Numbered from the stretch's first letter, positions 10,884 to 20,749 are shown. The stretch is DNA of 64,000 nucleotides from an uncultured delta proteobacterium (GCA_963760795.1 CAVXEP010000012.1:288001-352000), one strand, 5' to 3'. Notes: generated by a model not told the origin, from the sequence alone. Numbers and translations are program-made.

Positions 10884-11783
10884 CTACAACGTCCGTTTTG
10901 CCGCCGCCAGCTCTTTCAACTTTGCTGCGCTGACTTTCGGATATTTCAGATCGAGCCCGGCCAGCGCATCGATGACCGCTGCGGCAACGATCACCCGCGT
11001 GAACCATTTATTGTCGGCCGGCACGACGTACCACGGCGCCGCTTTCGTCGCAGTATTGCGGATCATATCTTCATAGGCGCTCATGTAATCATCCCAGTGT
11101 TGGCGCTCCTTGGCGTCGTTGGCCGAGAACTTCCAGTTTTTCTCCGGTTGCTCGATGCGCTCGAGAAAACGCTTCTTCTGTTCCTTGTTGGAGACATGCA
11201 GGAAGAACTTGCGAACGGCGACGCCGTTGCGCGTCAGGTAGCGCTCGAAGCTGCGGATATCCTGAAAGCGGTCCTTCCAGATATCCTTTGTGATCAGGTC
11301 CGGCGGCAGCTTCTGCTTCTCTAAAAGCGGCCGATGCACCCGCACCACCAGGGTCTCCTCATAGTAACTGCGGTTGAAGATACCGATGCGGCCGCGCTCG
11401 GGCATACACTTGATACATCGCCAAAGGTAATCGTGGTCGAGGTCTTCGCTGGTCGGCGCCTTGAAGGAGAAAACCTGGCAGCCCTGCGGGTTGACGCCGG
11501 ACATGACATGCTTGATCGCGCCGTCTTTTCCGGCGGCGTCCATCGCTTGAAAGATCAGCAGCACGGCCCAGTTGTCCTGGGCATAAAGCATGTCCTGAAG
11601 CTCGGTCAACACATCGATGCCGATGGCCAGCGCTTCCTTGGCGCTCGGTTTGTCCTCGGAGGTCAGATCGAGGGTGTCGCCGGGGTCGATGTCCTTGAGG
11701 CGAAATTTTTCGTCGGTCACACGGAACGGCTTGGCGAACTTGCGCGCCTTCTTGATCAATTTATTCATGTCTTTGTTGTTCAC
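10884..11783 (-). CDS. ppk2: Polyphosphate kinase 2 family protein
   Basis: FQAMDAAGKDG (Walker A), FNRSYYE (Walker B), PWYVVPADNKW. Confidence 0.93.
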   Translation of the reverse strand: MNNKDMNKLIKKARKFAKPFRVTDEKFRLKDIDPGDTLDLTSEDKPSAKEALAIGIDVLTELQDMLYAQDNWAVLLIFQAMDAAGKDGAIKHVMSGVNPQGCQVFSFKAPTSEDLDHDYLWRCIKCMPERGRIGIFNRSYYEETLVVRVHRPLLEKQKLPPDLITKDIWKDRFQDIRSFERYLTRNGVAVRKFFLHVSNKEQKKRFLERIEQPEKNWKFSANDAKERQHWDDYMSAYEDMIRNTATKAAPWYVVPADNKWFTRVIVAAAVIDALAGLDLKYPKVSAAKLKELAAAKRTL

Positions 11784-11801
11784 AGAGTTACCTCGTTCTT
11801 T

Positions 11802-11863
11802 CTTACCCCTGACCCCTTACCACTTACCCCTTACGTGAGGGGTGAGGCGTGAGGGGTTAGGGG
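11802..11863. repeat. Heptamer tandem repeats in inverted arrangement
   Basis: About five CTTACCC-like units, then about four GTGAGGG-like units, forming a hairpin centred on the CHAD stop codon. Confidence 0.8.
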
Positions 11864-12823
11864 TTGGTTGCTCTCACTTTCCTTCTGATAATTCCCCGCA
11901 TGGTCGTTCGCGAGGCGAAATATCTTCTCGACTTCTTTCGCCTGCAAGCTGTGGCCCTTTTCCACATCCGCCAAAAGTATTCGCACCGCTGGCATCTCAT
12001 TCAGTAAAACCTCCGCCCGCGCCAGCGCTTCGGCAACCGCTCGGTGGAACACTTGACGGTCGTGCCAGACGCCAATGACATCCTGCAAAGCTGCCAGCGA
12101 ATTGAGCTGGGCCTTCAGCGGCCTGGCGCCGACCTCAAAAAGCAGTTCGGTGCGGTATCGCAAAACCTTAGTAGCGATGCGCAAGGCGTGCAAGTCAACC
12201 ACCGCGCAGGTTTCCTGTGCGCGCGCCAAGGCGGATTGCCAAGCGATCCACGCTGCTTGCACGCTGGCGCCGAGCCGCTGCATCAGAATGTCCGGACTTT
12301 CATCGCTGGCTTGTCGCAAAACTCTTTCGGCTCGGTCGGCGTAATCGCCAAGATCCTCGCGCAGCAGCCTTTTTCCCGCCCGGGCGACCTCCTTAGCGCG
12401 TTTCCGCAGCAGGTAGTCGCGGACAATCGTCCAGGCTTGCCGCTTGGCCTCGCTGCGCGTGCGCCGGTGCTGGCGCGCGACGATCTCGAGCAGGACATCG
12501 CAGTTGCGCCATTCACCGAGGACGCGCCGAATCCGCCGAGGCGTCCGGCGCAAGCGTCGCACCTTGGCCGGACGCGGCTTGGGAAACAAGGCATCGATCG
12601 CCTGTTGTAAACGCCGGCTCCAAACGCGCGTATCATGGATAATCTTCGGATTCCCATCCGCGCGCACTTGCGGCGCTAACGCGACAAATTTTTTCAACCG
12701 TTTTCGCACAAGACGCGATAACGATCGACGAGCGTCCAAAGCAACCGGCGTTTCGGCAAGCGCTTCCGGTGCTTGAGTGTTGGCCTCGGCCGATTCAAGC
12801 GGTGGTTCATTCTCCTGTTCCAC
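11831..12823 (-). CDS. CHAD domain protein (polyphosphate-binding)
   Basis: IHDTRVWSRRL, LHALRIATKVLRY and LQDVIGVWHD motifs; Arg-rich; adjacent to ppk2. Confidence 0.88.
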   Translation of the reverse strand: MEQENEPPLESAEANTQAPEALAETPVALDARRSLSRLVRKRLKKFVALAPQVRADGNPKIIHDTRVWSRRLQQAIDALFPKPRPAKVRRLRRTPRRIRRVLGEWRNCDVLLEIVARQHRRTRSEAKRQAWTIVRDYLLRKRAKEVARAGKRLLREDLGDYADRAERVLRQASDESPDILMQRLGASVQAAWIAWQSALARAQETCAVVDLHALRIATKVLRYRTELLFEVGARPLKAQLNSLAALQDVIGVWHDRQVFHRAVAEALARAEVLLNEMPAVRILLADVEKGHSLQAKEVEKIFRLANDHAGNYQKESESNQPLTPHASPLT

Positions 12824-13035
12824 GATTTTTTCTCAGACCGCGATGATCCCCAATAGCCGATCGATTCAATGCGCCATAAAACGTAATTGTTTGGGCGTCA
12901 AAGCCGATTGGAGAACCGCTCGTTCTTTTGGCGGAACACCGTCCACTTCGAGACCGCATAGCCCGCCCTTTTTTAGCCGAATCCCCGTCCCCGCCGTTGC
13001 CGCGCATGGCTCGTCCGCTTCGGCACCTACGTAGA

Positions 13036-13722
13036 CTAGTCGGATGTTGTCCCGCGCGCATACAGGCTCACCAACCGCGCAACCATCACCGCCAGGAAGA
13101 GTTGCCCTCCGACCCCTTCGACGATTGCCAGACCGCGCGCCACATCGCTGCGCGGCACGATGTCGCCGTAGCCGAGAGTGGCGATTGTGACGAAGCTAAA
13201 GTAGATCGCGCTCATGCGTGAGAAATCGCCGGTAACCGCGAAGGTGCCCGGCCAAATCTGTTGGAGAACCCAATAGAAGTTTCCGAAAAAGATCCCGGCG
13301 AGCAGGTAGGCGCTGAGGGCCGCGTACAGATGCTCGGCATCAACCACCGTGGCACGCATGGCGAAGCGCAAAGCAGCAGCCGCCGCAACCAGCCCAATCA
13401 GCGTCCACATCCCGAGTGTCATCGCCGAGAGTGCCGGATGATCAAACCACTCTGTCGCCGGACGTGCCAGCCACAACACGGTTATAATGATCAGTAGAAT
13501 GCGGCGATCTCTCCCCGCGCCGACAGGCATCACCGCGGCAAGCAGGTTGGCCGCGAGAAAAAACTCAATCAGAGATCCCTGCAACTCGAAAGCCGTGACA
13601 ACCGGAGCGGCCACTATCGTAAGCAGCAGCGTGTAGAAAAGAAACCCATAGCGTCGGCGCAAGTAAGCGCGCCCCAGCTCGCGCAAGCCGCCCGTTGCGA
13701 CAACACCGGTATCGTTCATCAC
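13036..13722 (-). CDS. Potassium channel family protein (Ion_trans_2)
   Basis: Filter motif YFSFVTIATLGYGDIVP; start overlaps the stop of the upstream exchanger. Confidence 0.88.
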   Translation of the reverse strand: MMNDTGVVATGGLRELGRAYLRRRYGFLFYTLLLTIVAAPVVTAFELQGSLIEFFLAANLLAAVMPVGAGRDRRILLIIITVLWLARPATEWFDHPALSAMTLGMWTLIGLVAAAAALRFAMRATVVDAEHLYAALSAYLLAGIFFGNFYWVLQQIWPGTFAVTGDFSRMSAIYFSFVTIATLGYGDIVPRSDVARGLAIVEGVGGQLFLAVMVARLVSLYARGTTSD

Positions 13723-14795
13723 GGCTTCTCCGGCATGAAGTAAAATAAGAATGCCATGATGACGTAGACCGTGATCAGCTGCACGCCCTTATACCAGTTC
13801 GATCGCCCGTCCCCCGAAACCATCGCGCCGATCAATACGGCGAGCAACAGAGCGCCAATCTCGGCCCTGCCGAAGGCAAGCTCAAGCGGCTGGGGACCCA
13901 CCGCATAACTCAGGAGCACCAGAGCAGGGGCAATAAATAGCGCGATTTGGATACAACTGCCGAGGGCGATGCCCACGGTGAGATCCAGCTTGTTTTTCCG
14001 CGCCATGGCGATCGCCGAGCCACTCTCGGCGGCGCCGCCGACGATAGCCAGAAAGACGATGCCAATGAAGGTCTGCGTCATACCGAGTGCTTTGCCGGTC
14101 CCCTCGGCGGCGCCGACCAGGATCTCACTCATCCACGCCGCCAATACCGAGGCGACAATCAGGCTGCCGACCGCCCTTGGCATTCCCCAATGCTCGCCCT
14201 CGCCATGGTGTTCTTCCTGACCGCCTGCGGCTGCAAAGAATTCGGGATGAGTCTTGAGCATGAACAGGAGGTACAGCCCATAGGCGATCAAGAGGACGAA
14301 CGCCATGCCCAGGTTGAGAAGTTGCTCTTGGCGCATCGTCGCCTCCGACGAAAAGAAGCGGCTGAATGAACTCGGCACCACCAGGCTGATGACGGCGATG
14401 AGCATCATCGAGCTGTAGAGCCGAGTGGCGCCGGGGTTGTATTCCTGATTGTGGTAACGCAGTCCGCCGAGAAGGAAGGCGACTCCCTGAGCCAGCAGAA
14501 GATTCGCCAGGATCGCGCCGGCGATCGAAGCCCGCACCATGTCGAACAGCCCGGCTTTCAGGGCAACCGTCGCGATGATCAGCTCAGGGGCGTTGCCGAA
14601 GGTCGCGTTGAGCAGTCCGCCGACGGCGTCACCCGTCCGTGAAGCGATGTGCTCCGTCGCCTCGACGATGAGATGGGCAATGGGAATGATCGCCACACAG
14701 GCAGTGAAAAAAATCCATGTGTGCGCCTGCGGCCAAAAGTGCTCAAGCGCGACGGCGATCGGAATAAAGATAAGCAGCCAGTTGATTGTCACCAC
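13719..14795 (-). CDS. Calcium/proton exchanger (CAX/ChaA family)
   Basis: GGLLNATFGNAPELII and GGAAE...GIALGSCIQIALF alpha-repeats; SNWYKG. Confidence 0.92.
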   Translation of the reverse strand: MVTINWLLIFIPIAVALEHFWPQAHTWIFFTACVAIIPIAHLIVEATEHIASRTGDAVGGLLNATFGNAPELIIATVALKAGLFDMVRASIAGAILANLLLAQGVAFLLGGLRYHNQEYNPGATRLYSSMMLIAVISLVVPSSFSRFFSSEATMRQEQLLNLGMAFVLLIAYGLYLLFMLKTHPEFFAAAGGQEEHHGEGEHWGMPRAVGSLIVASVLAAWMSEILVGAAEGTGKALGMTQTFIGIVFLAIVGGAAESGSAIAMARKNKLDLTVGIALGSCIQIALFIAPALVLLSYAVGPQPLELAFGRAEIGALLLAVLIGAMVSGDGRSNWYKGVQLITVYVIMAFLFYFMPEKP

Positions 14796-14876
14796 AAGTT
14801 CCTATGAATTTCGTCGATTAATTTAGATCAGTGAGTGCGTCGATTACCATAGGCTTCTGCAATTCGTTTATGGCTT

Positions 14877-15324
14877 TCATAAAAATAGCGCGCACAGCGC
14901 CGTTATGACCAGGATGCCGGAAAGGTTCAGCCAGACGCCGGCCTTCATCATCTGTGAAATGCGCACCAGCCCGGTTCCGAACACGATTGCGTTCGGCGGC
15001 GTGCCCACCGAAAGTTGGCAGGAAATTTTCGCATGGCGAGCAAGCCATGGAGCACGAACAGGAACGAAACCAGGGCGACGACCGCAGCTACGATGCCGGA
15101 ATAGGCTTTGCCGAGGATAAACTGTCCCTCGAACATCTTGGTCACCCACCACATGCATCGTTGCTGATCAGGATCGTCGACACGAAAGCCATGTGGCCCC
15201 ACATGAAAAGACCGAGGAACAATCCGCTCGCGCTCTGGACAAAATCCAGCCGCGCCGGCCAGTGACTCTTTCGCGCATTAAGGCCCAGACCGGTTCCGGC
15301 AATAACGTCGACTTGATGGTCCAT
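14877..15324 (-). pseudogene. Chimeric remnant: 5' part of frdC fused to the 3' end of an SLC13/DASS transporter
   Basis: 15020-15324 is nearly identical to the start of frdC (24795-25105). 14877-15020 encodes VGTPPNAIVFGTGLVRISQMMKAGVWLN, an SLC13 C-terminal motif. Confidence 0.85.
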
Positions 15325-15467
15325 GGTATTAACCTCCCGAGAAAACGAGATCCTATGTCTCCCTCACCGAAACATCGCGCGCGTCGTCGTACGGACGAGA
15401 AACACCACCGACTACGTCCGCCGCTGCGAAAACTCTGAACAGTGCTTGCGAGGTCTGACAATCACAG

Positions 15468-16322
15468 TTATAAAACGATCTCTCCCGTAGCGGGCACGGC
15501 CAGCACCGGACACGGAGCGTCACGGACCACAAGTTCCGTCACCCTTCCACGCATGGCATCGACGATGCCATTCGTGCCTTCAGTCGCCATAACGATCAGA
15601 TCAGCGCTTTGGGCGCTGTTTAAGATCCTTGCCACCACGTCGCCCTCGCGGCGCAGCTCCTTCCAGACCCAGGCTTTGCCCTCCGGGCGATCGACGCGCG
15701 GAAACTCGTTGCCATTGACGTGAAGAAGGACGATTTCTACGCATTCATCGCCCAATGCTTCGGCGGCGCGGGTCGCCCGGATCACAGCTTCGCGCGAGTC
15801 CGGCATGTAGTCGATAGGCAAGAGAATCCGTCGCAAGTGAATGTCTCCGTCAAGCGAGACGATGCCGCGGCAACCGCGGGGCACGAAGAGCGTCATCGCA
15901 TTCGTCCGACGGGCGACTGCTTGGGCCACGGACGGTTTAAGCCAGAGCGGCAAGCCGCGCCGCCCGCCTGTGGCGAGGACCACTAGGTCCGGTTTTTGTT
16001 TCTCGATTTGACGCATGCTCGTCTTTATCGGGTCTCCTTGCGCGCTTACCTTAATGATACGCACACCGAGCTTTTTGAAAACCATGGACGAGGGCAGCCT
16101 CCCGCTTTCGATCACCTGCCAACGTGCGAGCGTCTTGCGGACCGCGGGGAACTGGGACCAATCTTCCGATTTGCCGCGGCGCGCATGCATAATGATCAAT
16201 TGGGTCTTCCTCAGTAGAGCGATGGCGAGGGCGTGGGCAAACGCCAATTCGCTCGCCTCGGAAAAATCCGAGGGATGAAAAATCGACTTAACAAAAGGGA
16301 TCGTCTGTGCTTGCGTGCTCAT
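15468..16322 (-). CDS. Universal stress protein (tandem Usp domains)
   Basis: IFHPSDFS and ILLPIDY domain starts; DLIVMATEG...VTELVVRDAPCPVLAV. Confidence 0.9.
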   Translation of the reverse strand: MSTQAQTIPFVKSIFHPSDFSEASELAFAHALAIALLRKTQLIIMHARRGKSEDWSQFPAVRKTLARWQVIESGRLPSSMVFKKLGVRIIKVSAQGDPIKTSMRQIEKQKPDLVVLATGGRRGLPLWLKPSVAQAVARRTNAMTLFVPRGCRGIVSLDGDIHLRRILLPIDYMPDSREAVIRATRAAEALGDECVEIVLLHVNGNEFPRVDRPEGKAWVWKELRREGDVVARILNSAQSADLIVMATEGTNGIVDAMRGRVTELVVRDAPCPVLAVPATGEIVL

Positions 16323-16620
16323 GGTCTCGCGCCCCGTGCAGTGCATTTAGCCGCGCCGGTAAAATTTTTGTACTGACGATGGCAGGTAAGGTGATTGGGT
16401 TTCGCCAAGTTACTCAAGGGAGCTCCTGGAAACTAGGTCACGTCGAGTCTTCTCGATCACCAGATATTTCGACCTTCCCTCCATCGCGTCACTCCTACCT
16501 AAATCACTCTAGACTTCACCTCATCTCCCACGCTGTAGGTGATCCCGTCGCCTTTGCGCTACAGAGCAACATTTCAGCGGCTCTACGATGACTTGTAACG
16601 AAGAGCGAAAAGCGCCGCTA

Positions 16621-16636
16621 TTGGACCTTAGTCCAA
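16621..16636. promoter_or_regulatory. Palindromic operator TTGGAC-CTTA-GTCCAA upstream of the USP gene
   Basis: Perfect 6-4-6 inverted repeat; the motif recurs in at least five other leaders. Confidence 0.75.
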
Positions 16637-16928
16637 CCTGGTACCGGCAAGCAATCCGAGCTCGTGTGTTGGTAGGATCGACACAAGCAACGAGAGCTCC
16701 AAACCGGCATCGGTGAAGCCTTCAGTCAGCACAATGCCTATTTATTACCGAGATTCTGAATCAGCTTATTGCGAGCACCAAGGGCAGGCAAATCGCCGTC
16801 GAGACGGGCGAAGAAAATGATTCCAAAGACTGTGCACAATCGGCAGTAATGGGTCGACGCCAGAGCGCTTAGCGCTAATCCGCTAAGAAACAATGAGCTA
16901 GTGAACTGTAACGCTTGATGCGCGTAAA

Positions 16929-16996
16929 CCGTTCATGGTTCGACGTCTCACCACGAAAGGCACTCCTTTGCCGTTCGCCTGAGCTACGTCGAAGGG
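16929..16996. repeat. REP-like doublet
   Basis: CCGTTCATGGTTCGACGTCTCACCACGAA...CCGTTCGCCTGAGCTACGTCGAAGGG: two related hairpin units in opposite orientation. Confidence 0.55.
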
Positions 16997-17378
16997 CTCC
17001 GAAGATTTGAACGCTAAGTTGATGTTACAGTCCACTGGTCATGGAGATCGCCGCGCGACGATCCACATAAGATACGCCCCGCAACGCGGCTCGTGCGTGG
17101 ATCGTTGGGCTTCGAATCTTAAAGTACGGTGGAGTGCAAATCACCGACCGCCGCTGTGCGCAGTGTTGCAAGACGTGAAGGGCGTCAATAGGTATGCGTC
17201 GCCAAGGGTCAGCGTTCTTCGCGCCACCCTCGACTTCACGAGCACCAGCCCGATCCGACCGTATTAGTCCGCTTATAGCATTGAAATCGTGCAGGGATGC
17301 ATGCGGAAGGGACACTTTATGCGCTCATTATGAGCTCAATGAGCTCGCTCACAACTCCACCGCACTATCCCGCTTGCA

Positions 17379-18035
17379 TCAATATTTGGATAGAGTGGCC
17401 AGTAAGTTCCGCGTGCCCGCAGGCGGCTGTACTCTGCCGCTAAGAATCTCTCCCGCTGTAACCGGCTTGCCGTAATAGCCGGCGTTGAAGTCATCTTTCG
17501 TACCCATGCTGGTGCCCTCGAGGGAAACGCCGGCAAATAGTCCCTGGCTCTGGCTGTAACTGTACATCGCTGCCTGCAAAGCTACGCCGCCCTCGGCCGT
17601 GCGTCCTAGAGGACCCGCCGCTATGCTGAGGTTCCCACCAAGCGTGACGTTGGCCTGTTTGGCAAATGCGTCAACAGCAGCCGGAGTGTTGAGGATAATA
17701 ACGAATTCGGTGATCTCGACCCCAGCTTGAAAACCGACGCCAAGTCCCCCCGTACCGATCGAGGAGGGGGCGCTCCAACCTTTTTCCGTCCGCGCAACGA
17801 CAACTCCAGTACCGCCCCTGGCACTACCAATAAACCCGGCCTTTGTGACGGTAAGAATCGCCACACCTCTGGCTGCGCGTAGGACGGCGGGCGGAATTCC
17901 TTTCTCCGGGATCGCCTCAAACCGTTGAATGATGGCCGCTGCTTGATCAACATCTGCCTGCATCGCATCGCGCGGAGAAACCGTAGCGCAGGCGCTGAAC
18001 AATGCTGCGGCGATCACACAAATAATTGCCTTCAT
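17379..18035 (-). CDS. SYLF/Ysc84 lipid-binding domain lipoprotein
   Basis: Lipobox FSAC; KAGFIGSARGGTG, GFQAG and SQGLFAGVSLEG motifs. Confidence 0.88.
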   Translation of the reverse strand: MKAIICVIAAALFSACATVSPRDAMQADVDQAAAIIQRFEAIPEKGIPPAVLRAARGVAILTVTKAGFIGSARGGTGVVVARTEKGWSAPSSIGTGGLGVGFQAGVEITEFVIILNTPAAVDAFAKQANVTLGGNLSIAAGPLGRTAEGGVALQAAMYSYSQSQGLFAGVSLEGTSMGTKDDFNAGYYGKPVTAGEILSGRVQPPAGTRNLLATLSKY

Positions 18036-18216
18036 GACAAACTCCTTTTATCTGACATTGCATCGATTCGTTGGATTCTGTGGCTGAAACTGCGCTTTCT
18101 GCCTACTCGGCGCGGCAGTTGGAAATTTACTCGGACTATTAGTCAGCTCATACCATTGCAATCGTGAGAAGTCTATTGAAATCATGGGAGAGTTTTTGGA
18201 CAGCTTCACATCTCTT

Positions 18217-18342
18217 TTAGCATCCCGGAAATTTTCTCTGCCCCGGACCGGTCGAATATTGAAGAGGCAAAAGATAATAGCAGAACAGCCCTAGCAACGG
18301 ACCACCGAATAGGCCGATGGGTTTTATCATCGCGACAGTCAT
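18217..18342 (-). pseudogene. N-terminal remnant of an SLC13/DASS transporter (41 aa)
   Basis: MTVAMIKPIGLFGGPLLGLFCYYLLPLQY resembles the first helix of SLC13 transporters; premature stop follows. Confidence 0.5.
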
Positions 18343-18486
18343 TCAGCGCCCACAGGCAACGCAACGAAGTTGGCGACTAGCCCCGGCATCATGAAACAAG
18401 TGGGGTTCACCACGTACCCATTGTAGTAGGCATCCGGGAACCTCGCGGTCTGCTAGGAAGTCATGCTCCATCCGGAATGGGTTCGA
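18339..18486 (-). pseudogene. Deletion scar: aspA 5' end fused to the 3' end of a Dcu C4-dicarboxylate transporter
   Basis: SNPFRMEHDFLADREVP/DAYY (AspA N-terminal pattern RxExDxLxxREVPADAYY) runs into YVVNPTCFMMPGLVA (Dcu C-terminal NHSFMxPGL-like). Confidence 0.65.
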
Positions 18487-18535
18487 TCGTCTCCACTCTC
18501 ACTCTGCGAGGCGCGCGCCGAGGCACCGGCGGCGG

Positions 18536-19984
18536 TCAGCGCAGCATTACCCAGGGCACGATGATCACCATATAAACGCCGAGGTAAATGAGCCCGAAGA
18601 TCGCGCCGAGACGCCACCAGTCAGCCGACGGTATGAAGCCGCTGCCGTAATACACCGGGCTCGGCCCTGTACCATAGGGCGTAATGATTCCCATGATGCC
18701 GAGTTGGAGACATAGCAATAGCGCCATCTTCTCGACCGGCATACCTGGAATCGACGCGCCCACCGCCAGCAGCACCGGCAACACGGCGGTCACATGCGCG
18801 GTCACGCTGGCGAACAGGTAATGGACAAAATGATTGACGAGCGCAAGCACGATGATCGCCATCACCGGAGTCATTCCGCCCAGTTGGGCTCCGACAGTTT
18901 CGGCGAACCACTTGATAAATCCAACCCGCGCCAGACCGTCGGCGAGCGCCACCAGCGTGGCAAACCACGCAAGCGTGTTCCAGGCGTCCTTGTACGAGGT
19001 CATGTCGCTCCACTTGATGACGCCCGTGATCAGCAGCAGGCCGATGACGACCAGCGCGACCGTGGTCGCATTCATCAAGTCGGCGCCAAAGACCCACAGC
19101 AGCAGTGCGGTCAGTACGAATACCAGCAGCAGGATTTCATTCCTTGTCAGGCCGCCCATCTTGGCCAGTTCACCCGCCGCCCATTTCGGTATTTCTTCTC
19201 CGGCCTTGATCTCGGGAGGATAGAGCCAGTACGCGAGCAGCGGCACCAGCGCGAGCAGGATGAGCCCGGCGGGAATGAATGCGAAAAACCAGGTGATCCA
19301 CTCAAACTCAATATTGACGGTCTTCTTGACTATTTCGATCGCCAGTACGTTTGGCGCGAGACCGGTCATGAACATCGAGCTGGTCACGCAAGTGGCGGCA
19401 ATGGCGACCCACATGAGATAGGAGCCGATCTTGCGCGCTGACGGGTCATTCGGCTTCGAGTCATACAACGGCGGCAAGTTGCTGATGACCGGGTAGATCG
19501 TGCCGCCGCTACGCGCGGTATTGGACGGCGTAAACGGGGCGAGGGCCAAGTCGGCGACCAAGACTGCGTAGCCCAGCGTTAAGGTTTTCCTGCCCATGGC
19601 CTGCACCAGAATCAGCGCGATACGCTTGCCGAGTCCGGTCTTGTCATAGCCGAGAGCAAACATGAACGCGCCGAAGATCAGCCACACCGTCGTGTTGGAG
19701 AAGCCGGAGAGCCCCCATGCGAGCGATGCATTGGCCGGATTGAAGCCAGGCTTAGCGAGCTGCTCCGGGCTGTAGAACGCGTATTCGGAGAGCAGAATGA
19801 CGATGGTTACACCGATCAACCCGATGGCGCCGCCGGGCAGTGGCTCAAGAATCAGGCCGACTATGACGCCGACAAAAATCGCGAAGTAATACCATGCATA
19901 CTGCGGCAGCCCCGGCGGGGCGGGGATGAGAGCGATAACGATCGCGACCGCAACGGGCGCAAAATGTTTCCAGGTGAGATTCAT
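18536..19984 (-). CDS. DASS family dicarboxylate antiporter (CitT/TtdT type)
   Basis: TGLGKRIAL, PSNTARSGG, MFMTGLAPN, LFASVTAH, TPYGTGPSPVYYGSG. Confidence 0.92.
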   Translation of the reverse strand: MNLTWKHFAPVAVAIVIALIPAPPGLPQYAWYYFAIFVGVIVGLILEPLPGGAIGLIGVTIVILLSEYAFYSPEQLAKPGFNPANASLAWGLSGFSNTTVWLIFGAFMFALGYDKTGLGKRIALILVQAMGRKTLTLGYAVLVADLALAPFTPSNTARSGGTIYPVISNLPPLYDSKPNDPSARKIGSYLMWVAIAATCVTSSMFMTGLAPNVLAIEIVKKTVNIEFEWITWFFAFIPAGLILLALVPLLAYWLYPPEIKAGEEIPKWAAGELAKMGGLTRNEILLLVFVLTALLLWVFGADLMNATTVALVVIGLLLITGVIKWSDMTSYKDAWNTLAWFATLVALADGLARVGFIKWFAETVGAQLGGMTPVMAIIVLALVNHFVHYLFASVTAHVTAVLPVLLAVGASIPGMPVEKMALLLCLQLGIMGIITPYGTGPSPVYYGSGFIPSADWWRLGAIFGLIYLGVYMVIIVPWVMLR

Positions 19985-20008
19985 GTTGCCTCCTGATCGA
20001 ATCGCAGT

Positions 20009-20749
20009 CTATTTCCATCCCGCCGTGACCATTTTACGCCGCAGAAACGCGATCTGCGTCGCCAACGGCAGATTTTTCGGGCAAACGTCGTGGCAGGCGA
20101 GCAGCGACATGCAGCCGAACACGCCGTCGTCATCGCCGATCAATTCGTAATAGTCCGCATCGTCACGGCGGTCGCGCGGATCGATCCGAAAGCGGGCGAT
20201 CTTGTTGAGCCCCACCGCGCCGACAAAATCTTCCCGCATGCGCGCCGTGCCGCAACCCGCAACGCAGCAGCCGCACTCGATGCAGCGGTCGAGCTCGTAG
20301 ATCTTTTCCGCCAGCTCCGGCTCCATCCTTTCTTCGAGACGGCGCAGATCCGGCTCCTGCTCCTTCATGTGCAGCCAGCTCTCCAGTCGCTCGCTCATGC
20401 CGCGCATCCAGTTGCCCGTGTCCACCGACAAGTCCGCGATCAGTTCGAACACCGGCAGCGGCGCCAGCGAGATCTCAGCGCCGAGGTTTTTCGTCAGCGT
20501 GCGGCAGGCGAGGGTCGGGCTGCCGTTGATCAGCATGCCGCAACTGCCGCAGATGCCGGCGCGGCAGACAAAGTCGAACTGCAGGGACGGATCTTGCTTC
20601 TCGCGGATCTCGCTCAAGGCGATGAACAGCGTCATATTTTCAGCTTCTTCGAGCTCGTAAGTCTGCATGCGCGGCACGCTGCCGGACTCCTGCGGGTTGA
20701 AGCGTAGAATGCTGATCTTCAGCGCGCGCCGCGCGGCTTCATTTTTCAT
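20009..20749 (-). CDS. frdB: Fumarate reductase iron-sulfur subunit
   Basis: CRAGICGSC...C, CIECGCCVAGC and CMSLLACHDVC cluster motifs; RBS GGAGGA before ATG 20749. Confidence 0.93.
   Translation of the reverse strand: MKNEAARRALKISILRFNPQESGSVPRMQTYELEEAENMTLFIALSEIREKQDPSLQFDFVCRAGICGSCGMLINGSPTLACRTLTKNLGAEISLAPLPVFELIADLSVDTGNWMRGMSERLESWLHMKEQEPDLRRLEERMEPELAEKIYELDRCIECGCCVAGCGTARMREDFVGAVGLNKIARFRIDPRDRRDDADYYELIGDDDGVFGCMSLLACHDVCPKNLPLATQIAFLRRKMVTAGWK

Noticed and set aside
10828-11007. N-terminal extension of the SulP ORF to 11007
   Set aside because: Overlaps ppk2 on the same strand; the start at 10827 fits the family length.
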